This document shows positions 1 to 9,350 of a stretch of DNA of 46,948 nucleotides, one piece after another. How positions within the stretch are numbered: position 1 is the stretch's first letter; every line of letters begins with the position of its first letter. Below the pieces are notes generated by a model that was given only the letters and a program-made list of their open reading frames with translations, did no database searches and had not been told where the DNA came from. The DNA comes from a virus (Duplodnaviria; Caudoviricetes): positions 1-46,948 of the IMG/VR virus record IMGVR_UViG_3300010048_000006; one strand, written 5' to 3'. Made by a program: the position numbers and the translations under genes.

Positions 1-123
1 ATTTTTTTTTTTTCAATAAGAAATTCCAATTCAAAACCCAACCACTGTGAGAAAGCGGGCATGAGAATATGTGTACCCCTATGGCACGCCGGTGCACAGG
101 CCTGTATGTGTGCGTAAAGGCCG
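1..123. repeat. Terminal direct repeat, left copy (identical to 46826-46948)
   Basis: Exact 123-bp match between the two ends. Indicates a circular or circularly permuted assembly. Confidence 0.95.
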
Positions 124-156
124 TAACCCTTTGATTCTAAAGGCTTTAGAAAACCC

Positions 157-186
157 TTGACACACCCGTACACACCATGCTAAAGT
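157..186 (+). promoter_or_regulatory. Sigma70-like early promoter
   Basis: TTGACA (157-162), 18-bp spacer ending TGC, TAAAGT (181-186), upstream of the + strand gene cluster. Confidence 0.65.
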
Positions 187-258
187 GCCTCCTGCACTTA
201 GCCCCATGCCTTTTGGTGAACCAAACAACCAATCGGCGTTTTGTACAACGGAGTTTCA

Positions 259-786
259 ATGTCATTGCCTGAGTATTTGATTGCGAGAGAAGGTGACGCA
301 TGTAGGTGCGGTCGTATTGCTTCGCGTCCACATTGTCCTTCTTGTGGTTCGTTTAAAGTTAGATTCATGCCGTCGTTGAGTCGTGATGCACTAAATCCGA
401 AAGGTGTTGTCGGACCTACGGCTGATAAAGTCAGGAAGTTCTTTCGTTGTGACATTTGCAGTCTTGTTTTCGAAGAGGCGGAAAGAAAGAACTGTGAAGC
501 TCCTGTCTACGAGACAAAAGCACTACGAGCTGTGGCTGAGGTTATTCGAACAAAAAGAGCAGTGCTAAACAACGAACCGCTCACGCAAAAAGAAGAGAGG
601 ATAGTTCAAAACCTTAATAGAAATCCTATACTTGACGAAGAACTAACGTCGTTCGTTGAGCAGGAACAAGTAGAAGCGCGTATTAAAGACTTCAAACTAG
701 AATGGACAAGAGCGAAGCTTAATCAAACAACGACAGAAACAGTAGATGAGTTCGTGCTTCGCAGAAGGCAAGAGGAACGTGTCTGA
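259..786 (+). CDS. Zn-finger hypothetical protein
   Basis: CRC, CPSC and CDIC motifs. ATG at 259 follows GGAG (ORF track starts at 241). Confidence 0.7.
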   Translation: MSLPEYLIAREGDACRCGRIASRPHCPSCGSFKVRFMPSLSRDALNPKGVVGPTADKVRKFFRCDICSLVFEEAERKNCEAPVYETKALRAVAEVIRTKRAVLNNEPLTQKEERIVQNLNRNPILDEELTSFVEQEQVEARIKDFKLEWTRAKLNQTTTETVDEFVLRRRQEERV

Positions 787-787
787 A

Positions 788-874
788 ATGGACAACGTCA
801 TCTGGATTCCAATTCTTGTACTGTCGTATTACCTTGCTCGAATAGTTTGGTATGTCCTCGGACAAAGGTGGTAA
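788..874 (+). CDS. Small hydrophobic peptide (28 aa)
   Basis: MDNVIWIPILVLSYYLARIVWYVLGQRW, tightly packed between its neighbours. Confidence 0.4.
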   Translation: MDNVIWIPILVLSYYLARIVWYVLGQRW

Positions 875-877
875 ATA

Positions 878-1138
878 ATGCAAAAACTCGAAAACGTTGA
901 ACTTTCTGTTCCAGTAAAGCTTTCAAAAGAAGAACAAATTCAACTGTACGACAATTCAATCGAGAGAGTCATCAACTCAGCAATGCAGTGTGCGTCTTTT
1001 ACAGCACGATACGCAAAGTCAGGAGCTTATCAAGACTTTTCGTGTTGCTATGCTGACCTTGAAGATTTGAAAGTTCTTTTAACAAAACTGTGGGATTCAA
1101 CACGTTCGGCTCTTTTTGTGAAGGACCAGTGTAGGTGA
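878..1138 (+). CDS. Hypothetical protein
   Basis: ORF in operon-like packing with AGGTGG upstream. Confidence 0.65.
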   Translation: MQKLENVELSVPVKLSKEEQIQLYDNSIERVINSAMQCASFTARYAKSGAYQDFSCCYADLEDLKVLLTKLWDSTRSALFVKDQCR

Positions 1139-1141
1139 ACA

Positions 1142-1525
1142 ATGTCTGAACAATTCATCTGTATAAACTGCAAAAACATAGGCCCACTTAACCCTCACGG
1201 TAAATGTGAGAAGTGTGATAGTGAGTCTGTTGTAAGCGTGGAACGGCTTACAGCTTTAACAACCTCGCAAACAAAAACAAGAACAAAACTACAACCTTCC
1301 TTACGGAATACTCTCTACGAAGTAATGTGTGGACCGTTTCGTTGTACACTATACGCGGAAAATCAATACGTCGCAATTCGACGCGCGTGTGAGGAGGGTA
1401 ATTGGCACGTACAGACTCCGTCGACGGACCTTGATGTTAATAGTGGTTTGTTCTACGGAATGGCTATTCAAGCCGAACCTGTAAAAGCCACACAAACACT
1501 CGAACAAACACAGAGTCTAAAATAG
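1142..1525 (+). CDS. Zn-ribbon hypothetical protein
   Basis: N-terminal CINC...CEKC. Confidence 0.65.
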   Translation: MSEQFICINCKNIGPLNPHGKCEKCDSESVVSVERLTALTTSQTKTRTKLQPSLRNTLYEVMCGPFRCTLYAENQYVAIRRACEEGNWHVQTPSTDLDVNSGLFYGMAIQAEPVKATQTLEQTQSLK

Positions 1526-1555
1526 CTTGTTTGCAGTAACAACGAACAAGCTATT
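1521..1555 (+). terminator. Hairpin over the stop of the 1142-1525 gene
   Basis: AATAGCTTGTTTG / CGAACAAGCTATT inverted repeat. Confidence 0.4.
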
Positions 1556-1587
1556 GTAGTTTCTGTAAAGAACGGCTCTGGTAGTAA

Positions 1588-1740
1588 ACAGAGCGTAGTT
1601 TTGGTCGGTATTGGAGCGGAAATGGGAGCGCTCCTTGATTACCGTAAGAACGGTGCGTGCAAAACTTAAAGAGGCCGACACACCAGTCGGGGTACCTTAA
1701 AGCACTACCGGGACCAATACCGACCCTATCTACGCTCTGT
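1588..1740 (+). ncRNA. Candidate structured RNA or 5' leader
   Basis: ACAGAGCGTAG (1588-1598) pairs with CTACGCTCTGT (1730-1740). GGTCGGTATTGG (1603-1614) pairs with CCAATACCGACC (1714-1725). These enclose several small hairpins. Confidence 0.5.
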
Positions 1741-1769
1741 ACTTTAAATACAAGCGAAAAGGAGAAACA

Positions 1770-2285
1770 ATGCAGTCCTTAACTAAGACAAAAGTAGCAT
1801 ACTCAGAAGTTGATGGAATCGGAAAGACGAAGACTTTCATCACTTCAGAGACGGCCTGGAACAAAATCATCAAAGAAGTGACCGACGCCAATACCGAAGC
1901 GGCCAAGACGGGAGGAGAGCTACAGACTCCTCCAACTTTGGTTGCGTCGCAAACTTTCGCCTACAAGTTCGCTACGACGGTCGACGAAGCAGTACAGCTC
2001 GCTGGCGGAAGTGGTGTTGGTGAGTACGAAAACATCGATGTGTTTCTCGGTGTGTTCAACTATGGCGCCTCACTTCGACAGGCCGATGAAGCGAATGATT
2101 TGCTCACAAGTGACAACTTTGTTGCAAGTGAGCAACCCGTCGACGTAAGCTACGCTGTGGCTCAAAAGAGCGAACGCGCCAAGATGACGCCAGAAGAGAA
2201 GGCTGCAAAGAATCTTGGTATCTCTCCCGACAAACTGCGTGAAGCGTTGGCTTTGTTGACACAACAGCAAGCCGCATCGGTCTAG
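1770..2285 (+). CDS. Hypothetical protein
   Basis: Strong RBS AAGGAG, 171 aa. Confidence 0.8.
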   Translation: MQSLTKTKVAYSEVDGIGKTKTFITSETAWNKIIKEVTDANTEAAKTGGELQTPPTLVASQTFAYKFATTVDEAVQLAGGSGVGEYENIDVFLGVFNYGASLRQADEANDLLTSDNFVASEQPVDVSYAVAQKSERAKMTPEEKAAKNLGISPDKLREALALLTQQQAASV

Positions 2286-2316
2286 TTACAACTAAGCGAA
2301 GCTAGTGCTTTGCTCT

Positions 2317-2363
2317 ACTACCTACTCTTCGACGTCGTGTCTCCTTCGTTGAGGAGTAGGTAG
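2317..2363. terminator. Long hairpin (terminator or processing stem)
   Basis: CTACCTACTCTTCGACG / CGTTGAGGAGTAGGTAG. Confidence 0.5.
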
Positions 2364-2563
2364 AAAGAAAATCATTAACTTTGTTAACAAATATGACTCT
2401 TGTAATTATAGACCACCGTTTTGAATTTTTGCATGATACATTAACAGGGTATGGAGTTGTACACTACTTTACTTTTGGAGACAAAGACGCAAACGGTTTT
2501 ATCTACTATCTTCGAGATACTTGTACTCTTAGCTTTGAGTACGAGGAGTTAAAAGGAGGTCCT

Positions 2564-3025
2564 TTGATTAAATGCAGAATCTTTTGGGACACCAACTTAA
2601 ACTCCTACATCGTTCAGTCAAAGTTCAACGAACGTCTTGTAGAGGGTCTAAAAAACATAATTCCTAGCGGTCAAAGACATTGGGACCCTCAAAACAAGGC
2701 ATGGTACGTTGATGAAACATGGGGCGAGCCTGTTCGAAAAATAGCCGAAGCTTGCCTTGGACAAGGAACAGTCTCGTTTGTTTCAAGGACAGTCTCACAA
2801 CAGTACACTCAGCAACAGAACAGTCAAGCCTTTACTCCTTCGCCTCAAACAGGCTCAAACGATGTTCTTGAACTGTTTGGTCTTTTTACTTACGACGCGG
2901 TTCGCAAAGCGTACCTGCTAACGTGTCAAACCCTACATCCTGATAAACAAGGTGGGGACGCTACAAAGATGTCTCGACTCAATGAGTTATGGCAAAAGGT
3001 CGAGAAGAATTTCTTCAAAAGATAG
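2564..3025 (+). CDS. J-domain (DnaJ-like) protein
   Basis: C-terminal VRKAY...LHPDKQGGD...MSRLNE. Likely TTG start after AAGGAGG (ORF track starts at 2381). Confidence 0.75.
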   Translation: MIKCRIFWDTNLNSYIVQSKFNERLVEGLKNIIPSGQRHWDPQNKAWYVDETWGEPVRKIAEACLGQGTVSFVSRTVSQQYTQQQNSQAFTPSPQTGSNDVLELFGLFTYDAVRKAYLLTCQTLHPDKQGGDATKMSRLNELWQKVEKNFFKR

Positions 3026-3042
3026 CTAGAAAAGGAGGAAAA

Positions 3043-3732
3043 ATGAACGACGACAACAAACTCAGTCGACCTATTGACAAGTCTTTTAGTCTTACCAAAG
3101 GTAAACTGAGTGCAATTCAAACACCCTTCCAACAACGTATAGCCTCAAAAACAATCAACGTCCTTGAAATGCCCAACCGGATTGCCCTGGCATTGGACTG
3201 CTCAGGTAGTATGTCCGGCTCTAAAATGACTAATTTGAAACAAGCTGTCAACAACTTCGTTGATAAGTGTAACGCTGCGGACACGGCCATTGGTATTCAG
3301 ACCTTCGGTCTAGACGACGAACAGACCTATCCATTAACAACTTCGTACATGCTTGTCAAAATTACTATTGACACATTAGAGGCCAAAGGCAATACACCTT
3401 TGTACAAAGCGCTCACAAGAATCTACGAAGATATGGGAATTACTCGAGCCGTGCTTGTAAGCGACGGGTGTCCTACGGACTCTTTTGGTGAGGGTATAGT
3501 TGAACAGTACAAACAGTCTTACATACCAATCGACTGTGTGCACATCGGAGATTCCGGCGGTGGTGAGGATGTTCTTAAGCGCATTGCTGAAATGACAGGT
3601 GGTATTTACATCAAATTCACCAACGTTCAAGCTCTTTCAAACGGTCTTTCCTATCTAACTCCAAACAAACGAGCTCTTTTAACAAGCGGTCAAATCGACG
3701 CGAGCCTGCTCGGAGCGAAGGAGGTTAAATGA
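3043..3732 (+). CDS. von Willebrand factor A domain protein
   Basis: MIDAS motif DCSGSM, plus GNTPL and VLVSDG. RBS AAGGAGG. Confidence 0.9.
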   Translation: MNDDNKLSRPIDKSFSLTKGKLSAIQTPFQQRIASKTINVLEMPNRIALALDCSGSMSGSKMTNLKQAVNNFVDKCNAADTAIGIQTFGLDDEQTYPLTTSYMLVKITIDTLEAKGNTPLYKALTRIYEDMGITRAVLVSDGCPTDSFGEGIVEQYKQSYIPIDCVHIGDSGGGEDVLKRIAEMTGGIYIKFTNVQALSNGLSYLTPNKRALLTSGQIDASLLGAKEVK

Positions 3733-4007
3733 GGACGATATACAAGTATCCTTTAAAGTATACAGAGTCTCAAAGCATTAACCTCCCTCTCGACTCTCAA
3801 ATTCTACTCTTTGACATACAGAAGGTGGATACGGATGAAATTGGAACTCCTACTCTGTGGTGTCTTGTAGACCCAGAACAACCAGACGAAGAAAGGAAGT
3901 TCCTCCTTGTAGGAACAGGAGCACAAGTTCCTTGGAAAGTACATCATATAGGCACAGTATTAAGTAAGCCTTTTGTCTGGCACCTCTTCGAGAAGAGGAC
4001 AGTTTGA
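3729..4007 (+). CDS. Conserved phage hypothetical protein
   Basis: MRTIYKYPL...LWCLVD...GTG...HIGT...FVWHLFE pattern, common in phages. Confidence 0.7.
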   Translation: MRTIYKYPLKYTESQSINLPLDSQILLFDIQKVDTDEIGTPTLWCLVDPEQPDEERKFLLVGTGAQVPWKVHHIGTVLSKPFVWHLFEKRTV

Positions 4008-4008
4008 A

Positions 4009-5136
4009 ATGGTCAACACCCTGACCGACCACCAAACAACAACCTGCGCACGCCTTGCTATGAAGATGGTACAGCTCGGCGTAAGTGCGAAGTTTCTTGG
4101 ACCTATTGTTGAAGGTCCAGTAGTATCAATCTACAAGTTCACCCCCGAAGGCTCAACCAAAGTAAGTCAAATTGAGGCTTTGAGCGACGATTTCGCTATA
4201 GCTCTCGGTGTTGAAGACGTACTTGTAAAGCGAATGCCTGGTGAGGTCGCAGTAGGTATCTTCGTCCCAAACGAAGATAGGAAATGGGTTTTGTGGAGGG
4301 ATGTTTGCCTTGTATCTGTTAACGATGTTAACAGTTCTTTCAATATCCCTCTTCTACTCGGCATCGATCAACTGGGACAAAAAGTAATTGAAGACCTTAC
4401 TCTTTTCCCTCACCTGCTCATAGCAGGCTCAACAGGTTCGGGTAAATCAACGTTGTTAAATAGTATCCTTGCAACAATGGTTTTCAACCTACCCTCCACC
4501 CAACTTCAACTATGCCTCTCTGACACAAAGGGCGTCGAGTTTGGTCATTTTATCGGCGCCCCTCACCTTCTGTGGAATCCTGCAACGACGGTTTATCAAA
4601 CCCTCGAACAGCTCGACTGGCTTCTTGAAGAGATGGAATCTCGGCTAAAAACCTTCGGAAAGCGAGGTCTTCGAAACATCCTTGAATATAACAAAGACCG
4701 TAGTGACGAGAAAGCTCGACTCCCCTATATCGTACTCGTTATCGACGAACTTGCAGACCTGCTTGGTAATAGTGGTCGAGCCTCTGAAAAACAGCGTGCA
4801 AGTATCGGTAAAATTGCCTCGGAAAAACTTAGCCAGCTTGCGCAGAAAGCTCGCGCAACTGGAATACACATCATCGCCGGAACTCAACGTCCAAGTGTTA
4901 AACTTCTTGAAGGAAATATTAAGTCAAACTTCCCAGCCAGACTTAGTTTCCGTCTACCCAGTCACGCGGATAGTACGACGGTCCTCAGTACAGGCGGAGC
5001 GGAGCACCTCTTGAGTCGAGGAGATATGCTTTTTATAAACCCGAGTAAAGCGGGAATGCAACGAATTCACGCGCCTCTGACGTCGAACGACGACATCAAA
5101 GCGGCGATTGACATTGCGATGAGGAGAGGTACATGA
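4009..5136 (+). CDS. FtsK/SpoIIIE-family ATPase
   Basis: PHLLIAGSTGSGKS Walker A, VLVIDELADL Walker B, KARATGIHIIAGTQRP, GAEHLLSRGDML. No N-terminal membrane domain. Confidence 0.92.
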   Translation: MVNTLTDHQTTTCARLAMKMVQLGVSAKFLGPIVEGPVVSIYKFTPEGSTKVSQIEALSDDFAIALGVEDVLVKRMPGEVAVGIFVPNEDRKWVLWRDVCLVSVNDVNSSFNIPLLLGIDQLGQKVIEDLTLFPHLLIAGSTGSGKSTLLNSILATMVFNLPSTQLQLCLSDTKGVEFGHFIGAPHLLWNPATTVYQTLEQLDWLLEEMESRLKTFGKRGLRNILEYNKDRSDEKARLPYIVLVIDELADLLGNSGRASEKQRASIGKIASEKLSQLAQKARATGIHIIAGTQRPSVKLLEGNIKSNFPARLSFRLPSHADSTTVLSTGGAEHLLSRGDMLFINPSKAGMQRIHAPLTSNDDIKAAIDIAMRRGT

Positions 5137-5717
5137 GCGAACAGGCTACGCCACTTCGCATAGCGAAATGCTTCGCTTGTGACTCCACTCCAAAATCGAT
5201 GTGCCGGCATTGCGGACAGGAATTTTGTGACCAACATAAAAGTCGGTACGATTCTCATTTTTGTTCAAACTGTATTGGAGACGAAAACACCTCTCTAGTC
5301 GAAGCTCCACTTGTAGACGACGAAGGAGTAGAACACAAAGGCCGTCAGCTGAAGCTAATTGGCGAAGGTTGGCCTAATCTACTCGAAATGATTCACAACC
5401 TTACTGAGCAAGAGCTTGAGCAAAAACTTGGTCAATGGAAATCCTTACTCAAGCAAGCAATGATAACAAACGAGTTTTATCGTATTACCGTTTCTGCTGC
5501 TGAGTTTGAAAAAGAAGAACGAAGGGACTCACGTCGTCGTAGACTAGAAGATCGTAGAGAGGCTCTTAAAGCTCAAGGAACTTTAAGGCTAATTGGTAAA
5601 GCCTCAACCAGAACGACAGCCGACCCAGCGGTGAAGCTATCCAAAGACCTCGGAATACCTATCAAGCAGGCTCGTAAGCTCATTGAAATAACCAACCAAA
5701 TGAAGGCGGGTAAATGA
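5133..5717 (+). CDS. Zn-finger / coiled-coil protein
   Basis: CFAC...CRHCGQEFCDQH...CSNC, resembling AN1/B-box fingers. Confidence 0.7.
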   Translation: MSEQATPLRIAKCFACDSTPKSMCRHCGQEFCDQHKSRYDSHFCSNCIGDENTSLVEAPLVDDEGVEHKGRQLKLIGEGWPNLLEMIHNLTEQELEQKLGQWKSLLKQAMITNEFYRITVSAAEFEKEERRDSRRRRLEDRREALKAQGTLRLIGKASTRTTADPAVKLSKDLGIPIKQARKLIEITNQMKAGK

Positions 5718-6736
5718 ACGACAAACCCTTTCAATTCTATCGTATTCTTCCTGATGGAAGATACGAGTTCTTTGTAGACGCCTCTTTACTCAAATCATTC
5801 TCGCTTTGTGAGTCGTACTTTCACCTCAAACATATACAGAATTACCGAACAAAGAGTTCAGCTGTAACAAAGCCGTTTGCGATGGCCATTGGCTCATGGT
5901 GGTCGGACGTCATGGAGATGTTCTACAACGCACTTCGTGACAAACGGCCGATAGACAAAGCCGACATTCAAAACATAGCCCTAACCTGTTGGGCGAAGAA
6001 TAACCTAGACGCCTGTGCAGCAGTCGACCCGGATAGTTTTGAAAAGTTCGGCAACCTTGCAGGTGGAGTTTTAATGCTTCAAGAATACTACGACTCCCAA
6101 TACCTTACTGACGTCCATAATTGGAGGGTAATTTCTATTGAGGAGGGTTTCGGCCTCAAAAAGGAAGTTCCTCTTGGAGAAACTCGTAGCGTTGTTGTGT
6201 ATTGGATAGGAAAGCCGGATTTGGTGGTCATAGAAAATAATCAAAGACTTGTGCCTATTGACCATAAAACAGTGACTCGAATTGACGGTTACACGATTTA
6301 TAAGTACAAGCCCTCTACCCAAATGGCAGGCTACGCGCACTCTTGTGAAGTGATTGCGAAGCAAGTCGGCCTGGATGTTCGAGTGGACCGTGTGACTGTA
6401 AATGTTTGTAGTCGTACCAACCCGACAGACAAGCCCCGAAACGGTGGAGCAAAGAAGCCTCGGTTTATTCGAGCATATCCAAACTTTTCGCGAGAAGAAA
6501 TCCAAGAGTGGCGTAAAGACGTAGTCAGTAAATGTGAGCGTATTGCACAATGCCTACGTACCGGACAGTGGTTGTGGTCGGAAACGACTTGTCACAACAT
6601 GTACATGCGTCCTTGTGAGTATCTTCCGCTACACAGCGTCACTCCGAGCGCACGACCTGTAATACTCCAAGCCAGTTTTACTGAGTCCCAGCCTTGGATT
6701 CCGTATCAAATATCAAAGGAGGTAGAAGGTGAGTAG
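5714..6736 (+). CDS. PD-(D/E)XK nuclease (RecB/Cas4-like)
   Basis: E...GKPDLV...IDHKT...QMAGY motifs and terminal Cys residues. Confidence 0.85.
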   Translation: MNDKPFQFYRILPDGRYEFFVDASLLKSFSLCESYFHLKHIQNYRTKSSAVTKPFAMAIGSWWSDVMEMFYNALRDKRPIDKADIQNIALTCWAKNNLDACAAVDPDSFEKFGNLAGGVLMLQEYYDSQYLTDVHNWRVISIEEGFGLKKEVPLGETRSVVVYWIGKPDLVVIENNQRLVPIDHKTVTRIDGYTIYKYKPSTQMAGYAHSCEVIAKQVGLDVRVDRVTVNVCSRTNPTDKPRNGGAKKPRFIRAYPNFSREEIQEWRKDVVSKCERIAQCLRTGQWLWSETTCHNMYMRPCEYLPLHSVTPSARPVILQASFTESQPWIPYQISKEVEGE

Positions 6737-6920
6737 ATGGACACATAGTATTTGTGTTGATTGTTGGAACAAGAAGAATCCAGACAGACCTACCACAACT
6801 GAAAGGTTTCATGGAAGTACAGAAATTTGTTGCTATTGTTCAAAAACCCACAACTCTGGTCTTTTTGTTCGTGACAATCCAGCCGACACGCCTTGTAATG
6901 GGGAGCATCATGACGATTGA
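6729..6920 (+). CDS. Small Zn-finger protein
   Basis: CVDC and CCYC motifs; overlapping start/stop coupling on both sides. Confidence 0.6.
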   Translation: MSRWTHSICVDCWNKKNPDRPTTTERFHGSTEICCYCSKTHNSGLFVRDNPADTPCNGEHHDD

Positions 6921-7773
6921 ACTTACCGTAGCAGAAAAAGAACCTCCAGTTTCCAAACTAAAACTGGCCCTTGTAGGAGCCGAACAGAACGGAAAATCCC
7001 TGCTCGCAACAACGGCACGCCCTAACGTCCTGTTCCATGATTTTGACAACAAACGAGAATCTATTCGAGGCAAACCTGGGGTTTATGTAATAACTTACTC
7101 CGACCCAAAATGGCCGAAACAGCCTTCTGCTGCTCAAGATTTTCTTACTGTCGTTGACAAACTTGAACGTTCGTTGGACCTTGCAGACCTCGGTTTTCCG
7201 GTCCCTAAAGGGACACTTGTAGGAACGAACGTAATCGACTCCGTTCAGACTCTTGCCAAAGCCTCAAACGCCTACGCTCTTTACAACAGCCCGGACCTTC
7301 GTCGTGAGGTGTCCTTCGGAGGACATAAAGTATTTTTCAACAAAGGTTGGGACGCCGTAAACGCCGAAACTAAAGAGGTTGAAGATTTTGTACTTCGTAT
7401 TATGGCTCTTCCCTCTGATACAATAGTAATTCTTCACGAAACGGAAGAACAAGCCGTTGACTCGACACCGGAAAAGAAAAAGTTTACTGGTCGTGTTGAT
7501 GTGTATCCACCTCGATACAGACTACTCTTAAAGTACTTTCCTGAAGTTTGGCGAGTCAAACTAACTCAACTTGTTGGAAGTAACAATCAAACGCGCTACG
7601 TTCCACGAGTATATCCACTTCCAAACAGTGAGTTTGACTCAGGAACAACCATGCTCCTTGACGCAACGGAGGAGCCGAATATAACAGAAATGATAGCTAA
7701 ACATACAAGAAATCTCAAGCTTCAGTCGGGTTTACAACCGACGAAGGCACTACCTGCGGGAGTTAAAATCTAA
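6910..7773 (+). CDS. Sak4/AAA_24-like ATPase (single-strand annealing)
   Basis: GAEQNGKS Walker A, VIDS Walker B, ILHE; lies between a nuclease and an SSB-like gene. Confidence 0.8.
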   Translation: MTIELTVAEKEPPVSKLKLALVGAEQNGKSLLATTARPNVLFHDFDNKRESIRGKPGVYVITYSDPKWPKQPSAAQDFLTVVDKLERSLDLADLGFPVPKGTLVGTNVIDSVQTLAKASNAYALYNSPDLRREVSFGGHKVFFNKGWDAVNAETKEVEDFVLRIMALPSDTIVILHETEEQAVDSTPEKKKFTGRVDVYPPRYRLLLKYFPEVWRVKLTQLVGSNNQTRYVPRVYPLPNSEFDSGTTMLLDATEEPNITEMIAKHTRNLKLQSGLQPTKALPAGVKI

Positions 7774-7788
7774 AAAGGAGAAGAAAAG

Positions 7789-8253
7789 ATGCCGAAGCTT
7801 ACAGCTTCGAAAGAAGAAGTACAAGGTCTGCCAGTAATGGCAGAAGGGCTCGTTACGGTCAGACTCGATGGGTTCAAACCAACTTTGTCAAGTAAAAAGG
7901 ACTCGGTTAATCTCAACCCTCAAATGAAGGTGATTAACCATCCTGAGTACAACGACAGGCTCGTGTTTGATTCGCTCAACACAAAAGCAAAATGGACCTG
8001 GACTGATTTCTGCCATGCTTTTGGACTGCCTCTGGCTGCTGATGCTCAAGGAAATGTTGAATTTCCTGGAGATTTCAACGGGCCGGAGGACAATCCAGAA
8101 AAATGGGAGTACGTCGGTCCTCTTCTTGGACAACAAGCTCAGTTGTATTTGATTCAATCGGAGTACAACGGTAAACAGAACAACAAAATAAAGATGTACG
8201 TTTGCCGTATTCAAGGCTGTAGCGAGAAACATTCAAACAACCTCGCGAAATAA
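7789..8253 (+). CDS. Putative ssDNA-binding protein (DUF669-like)
   Basis: Position after the Sak4-like gene; EYNGKQNNKIK C-terminal motif. Confidence 0.65.
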   Translation: MPKLTASKEEVQGLPVMAEGLVTVRLDGFKPTLSSKKDSVNLNPQMKVINHPEYNDRLVFDSLNTKAKWTWTDFCHAFGLPLAADAQGNVEFPGDFNGPEDNPEKWEYVGPLLGQQAQLYLIQSEYNGKQNNKIKMYVCRIQGCSEKHSNNLAK

Positions 8254-8288
8254 AAAGGGTTCGCTGCTGTATCCGCAGCGCGAAAAGA

Positions 8289-8340
8289 GGCGAGGCCGTT
8301 GTTCCTTCTATCAAGAGGGACAGTCCAACCGGCCTCGCTT
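8289..8340 (+). terminator. Hairpin after the SSB-like gene
   Basis: GGCGAGGCCG / CGGCCTCGCT stem followed by a T-rich run. Confidence 0.45.
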
Positions 8341-8356
8341 TATTTAAAGAGGCGAT

Positions 8357-8497
8357 ATGAAACTCATTCTGTTGATTGTTTTTGTTGTCATTACTGTGCC
8401 AACAGTCATCTTTACGGGTGCTGTCTGGTACGCTTGGTTGTCAACAGACGCTAGTGAACGGGAAGAAGATATGACATTTGGACCGGGAGAAGTCTGA
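8357..8497 (+). CDS. Small membrane protein (46 aa)
   Basis: MKLILLIVFVVITVPTVIFTGAVWYAWL..., RBS GAGG. Confidence 0.5.
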   Translation: MKLILLIVFVVITVPTVIFTGAVWYAWLSTDASEREEDMTFGPGEV

Positions 8498-8523
8498 TGG
8501 CTGAGTAGGACAAGGTTAAGCGA

Positions 8524-8910
8524 ATGAGTGAAGATTTATCGTGGGCCGAGCGCGACGCCCGTGCGCAAGAACATGAAGGGTGGTCCAGTGAAATCAAAGG
8601 CTCCTATGAAATCGAGAATCCGGCAGAGTGGCAGCATTATATCGATCAGCCCTGGGAGTCACTCATGCGAATCCACAATCATATTTGGAACGACAAAGCA
8701 AATTTTGATTTGAAAACACGCGATGCCGCATGCGGTTCGATTCGTAGGGCGGCCTATGAGGTTTGCCATGCCACGTGGCTGGAGGCGCTGCGGGAGATTG
8801 AAAAGGGGAAAAAGCCCACGGAAGACACATTCACATTTGCTGACCGCGCAGTTGAAATTGCTCGCGCCGCCATCAAGGGAGCCGAACATGCCGGAGACAG
8901 CCATGACTAG
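8524..8910 (+). CDS. Hypothetical protein
   Basis: ORF at the start of a GC-richer small-gene cluster. Confidence 0.6.
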   Translation: MSEDLSWAERDARAQEHEGWSSEIKGSYEIENPAEWQHYIDQPWESLMRIHNHIWNDKANFDLKTRDAACGSIRRAAYEVCHATWLEALREIEKGKKPTEDTFTFADRAVEIARAAIKGAEHAGDSHD

Positions 8911-9046
8911 CCCATCACCGGACATTGTGCTGACCGCAAGTCAGGCTCAAACCGTCTTCATTAACGTGGGGATGCTCATGGTACTAGCCTTCTTGCTCGG
9001 ATTCTTTCTTGGCGAACGTGCAGAAAGGAGGCTCCATGACGAGTAA
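8903..9046 (+). CDS. Small membrane protein
   Basis: MTSPSPD...VFINVGMLMVLAFLLGFFLG; GGAG upstream. Confidence 0.5.
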   Translation: MTSPSPDIVLTASQAQTVFINVGMLMVLAFLLGFFLGERAERRLHDE

Positions 9047-9350
9047 CCCATCGTCTGGGCGCGGCCTGCGATCATTTACGGATCACAAAAACGCAAGGCG
9101 GAATCGTTTGAATTGTTTGAGGGAGCCGGAGCACATGACTAGCCCATCGGAAGGCGCACGCAAGCGGAAGCCGAAGTACGAAGTAGGACAACGAGTGTGG
9201 TGCTGTATCTGCGGAATTCCAGTCACGATTACAGCCGTATCTAAAAGCGGAAACAGAGTGAAATTGTCTTGTTTGATGAACGGCAAGTTTACGGATTGCA
9301 ATCCTGCTACTGAGTTGCGTCCCCTGACCAAGCGTGAGGCAGGCCGATGA
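9036..9350 (+). CDS. Hypothetical protein (alternative start at 9135)
   Basis: AAGGAGG before ATG 9036; KYEVGQRV SH3-like segment. Confidence 0.5.
   Translation: MTSNPSSGRGLRSFTDHKNARRNRLNCLREPEHMTSPSEGARKRKPKYEVGQRVWCCICGIPVTITAVSKSGNRVKLSCLMNGKFTDCNPATELRPLTKREAGR

Noticed and set aside
1-123. 123-bp terminal repeat as the physical genome terminus
   Set aside because: An exact short overlap starting at a homopolymer is equally explained by assembler circularisation; it cannot be called a true DTR without reads.
1615-1713. c-di-GMP riboswitch or tRNA
   Set aside because: Only fragments (GGAAA, GCAAAAC) resemble the consensus; the stems do not fit and there is no cloverleaf or TTCGA arm.
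2381-2563. N-terminal extension of the J-domain ORF
   Set aside because: The strong RBS lies before TTG 2564; the upstream part is AT-rich, carries the palindromic site and looks regulatory.
5714-6736. CRISPR-associated Cas4
   Set aside because: No array or other cas genes; the Sak4/SSB context indicates a recombination nuclease.
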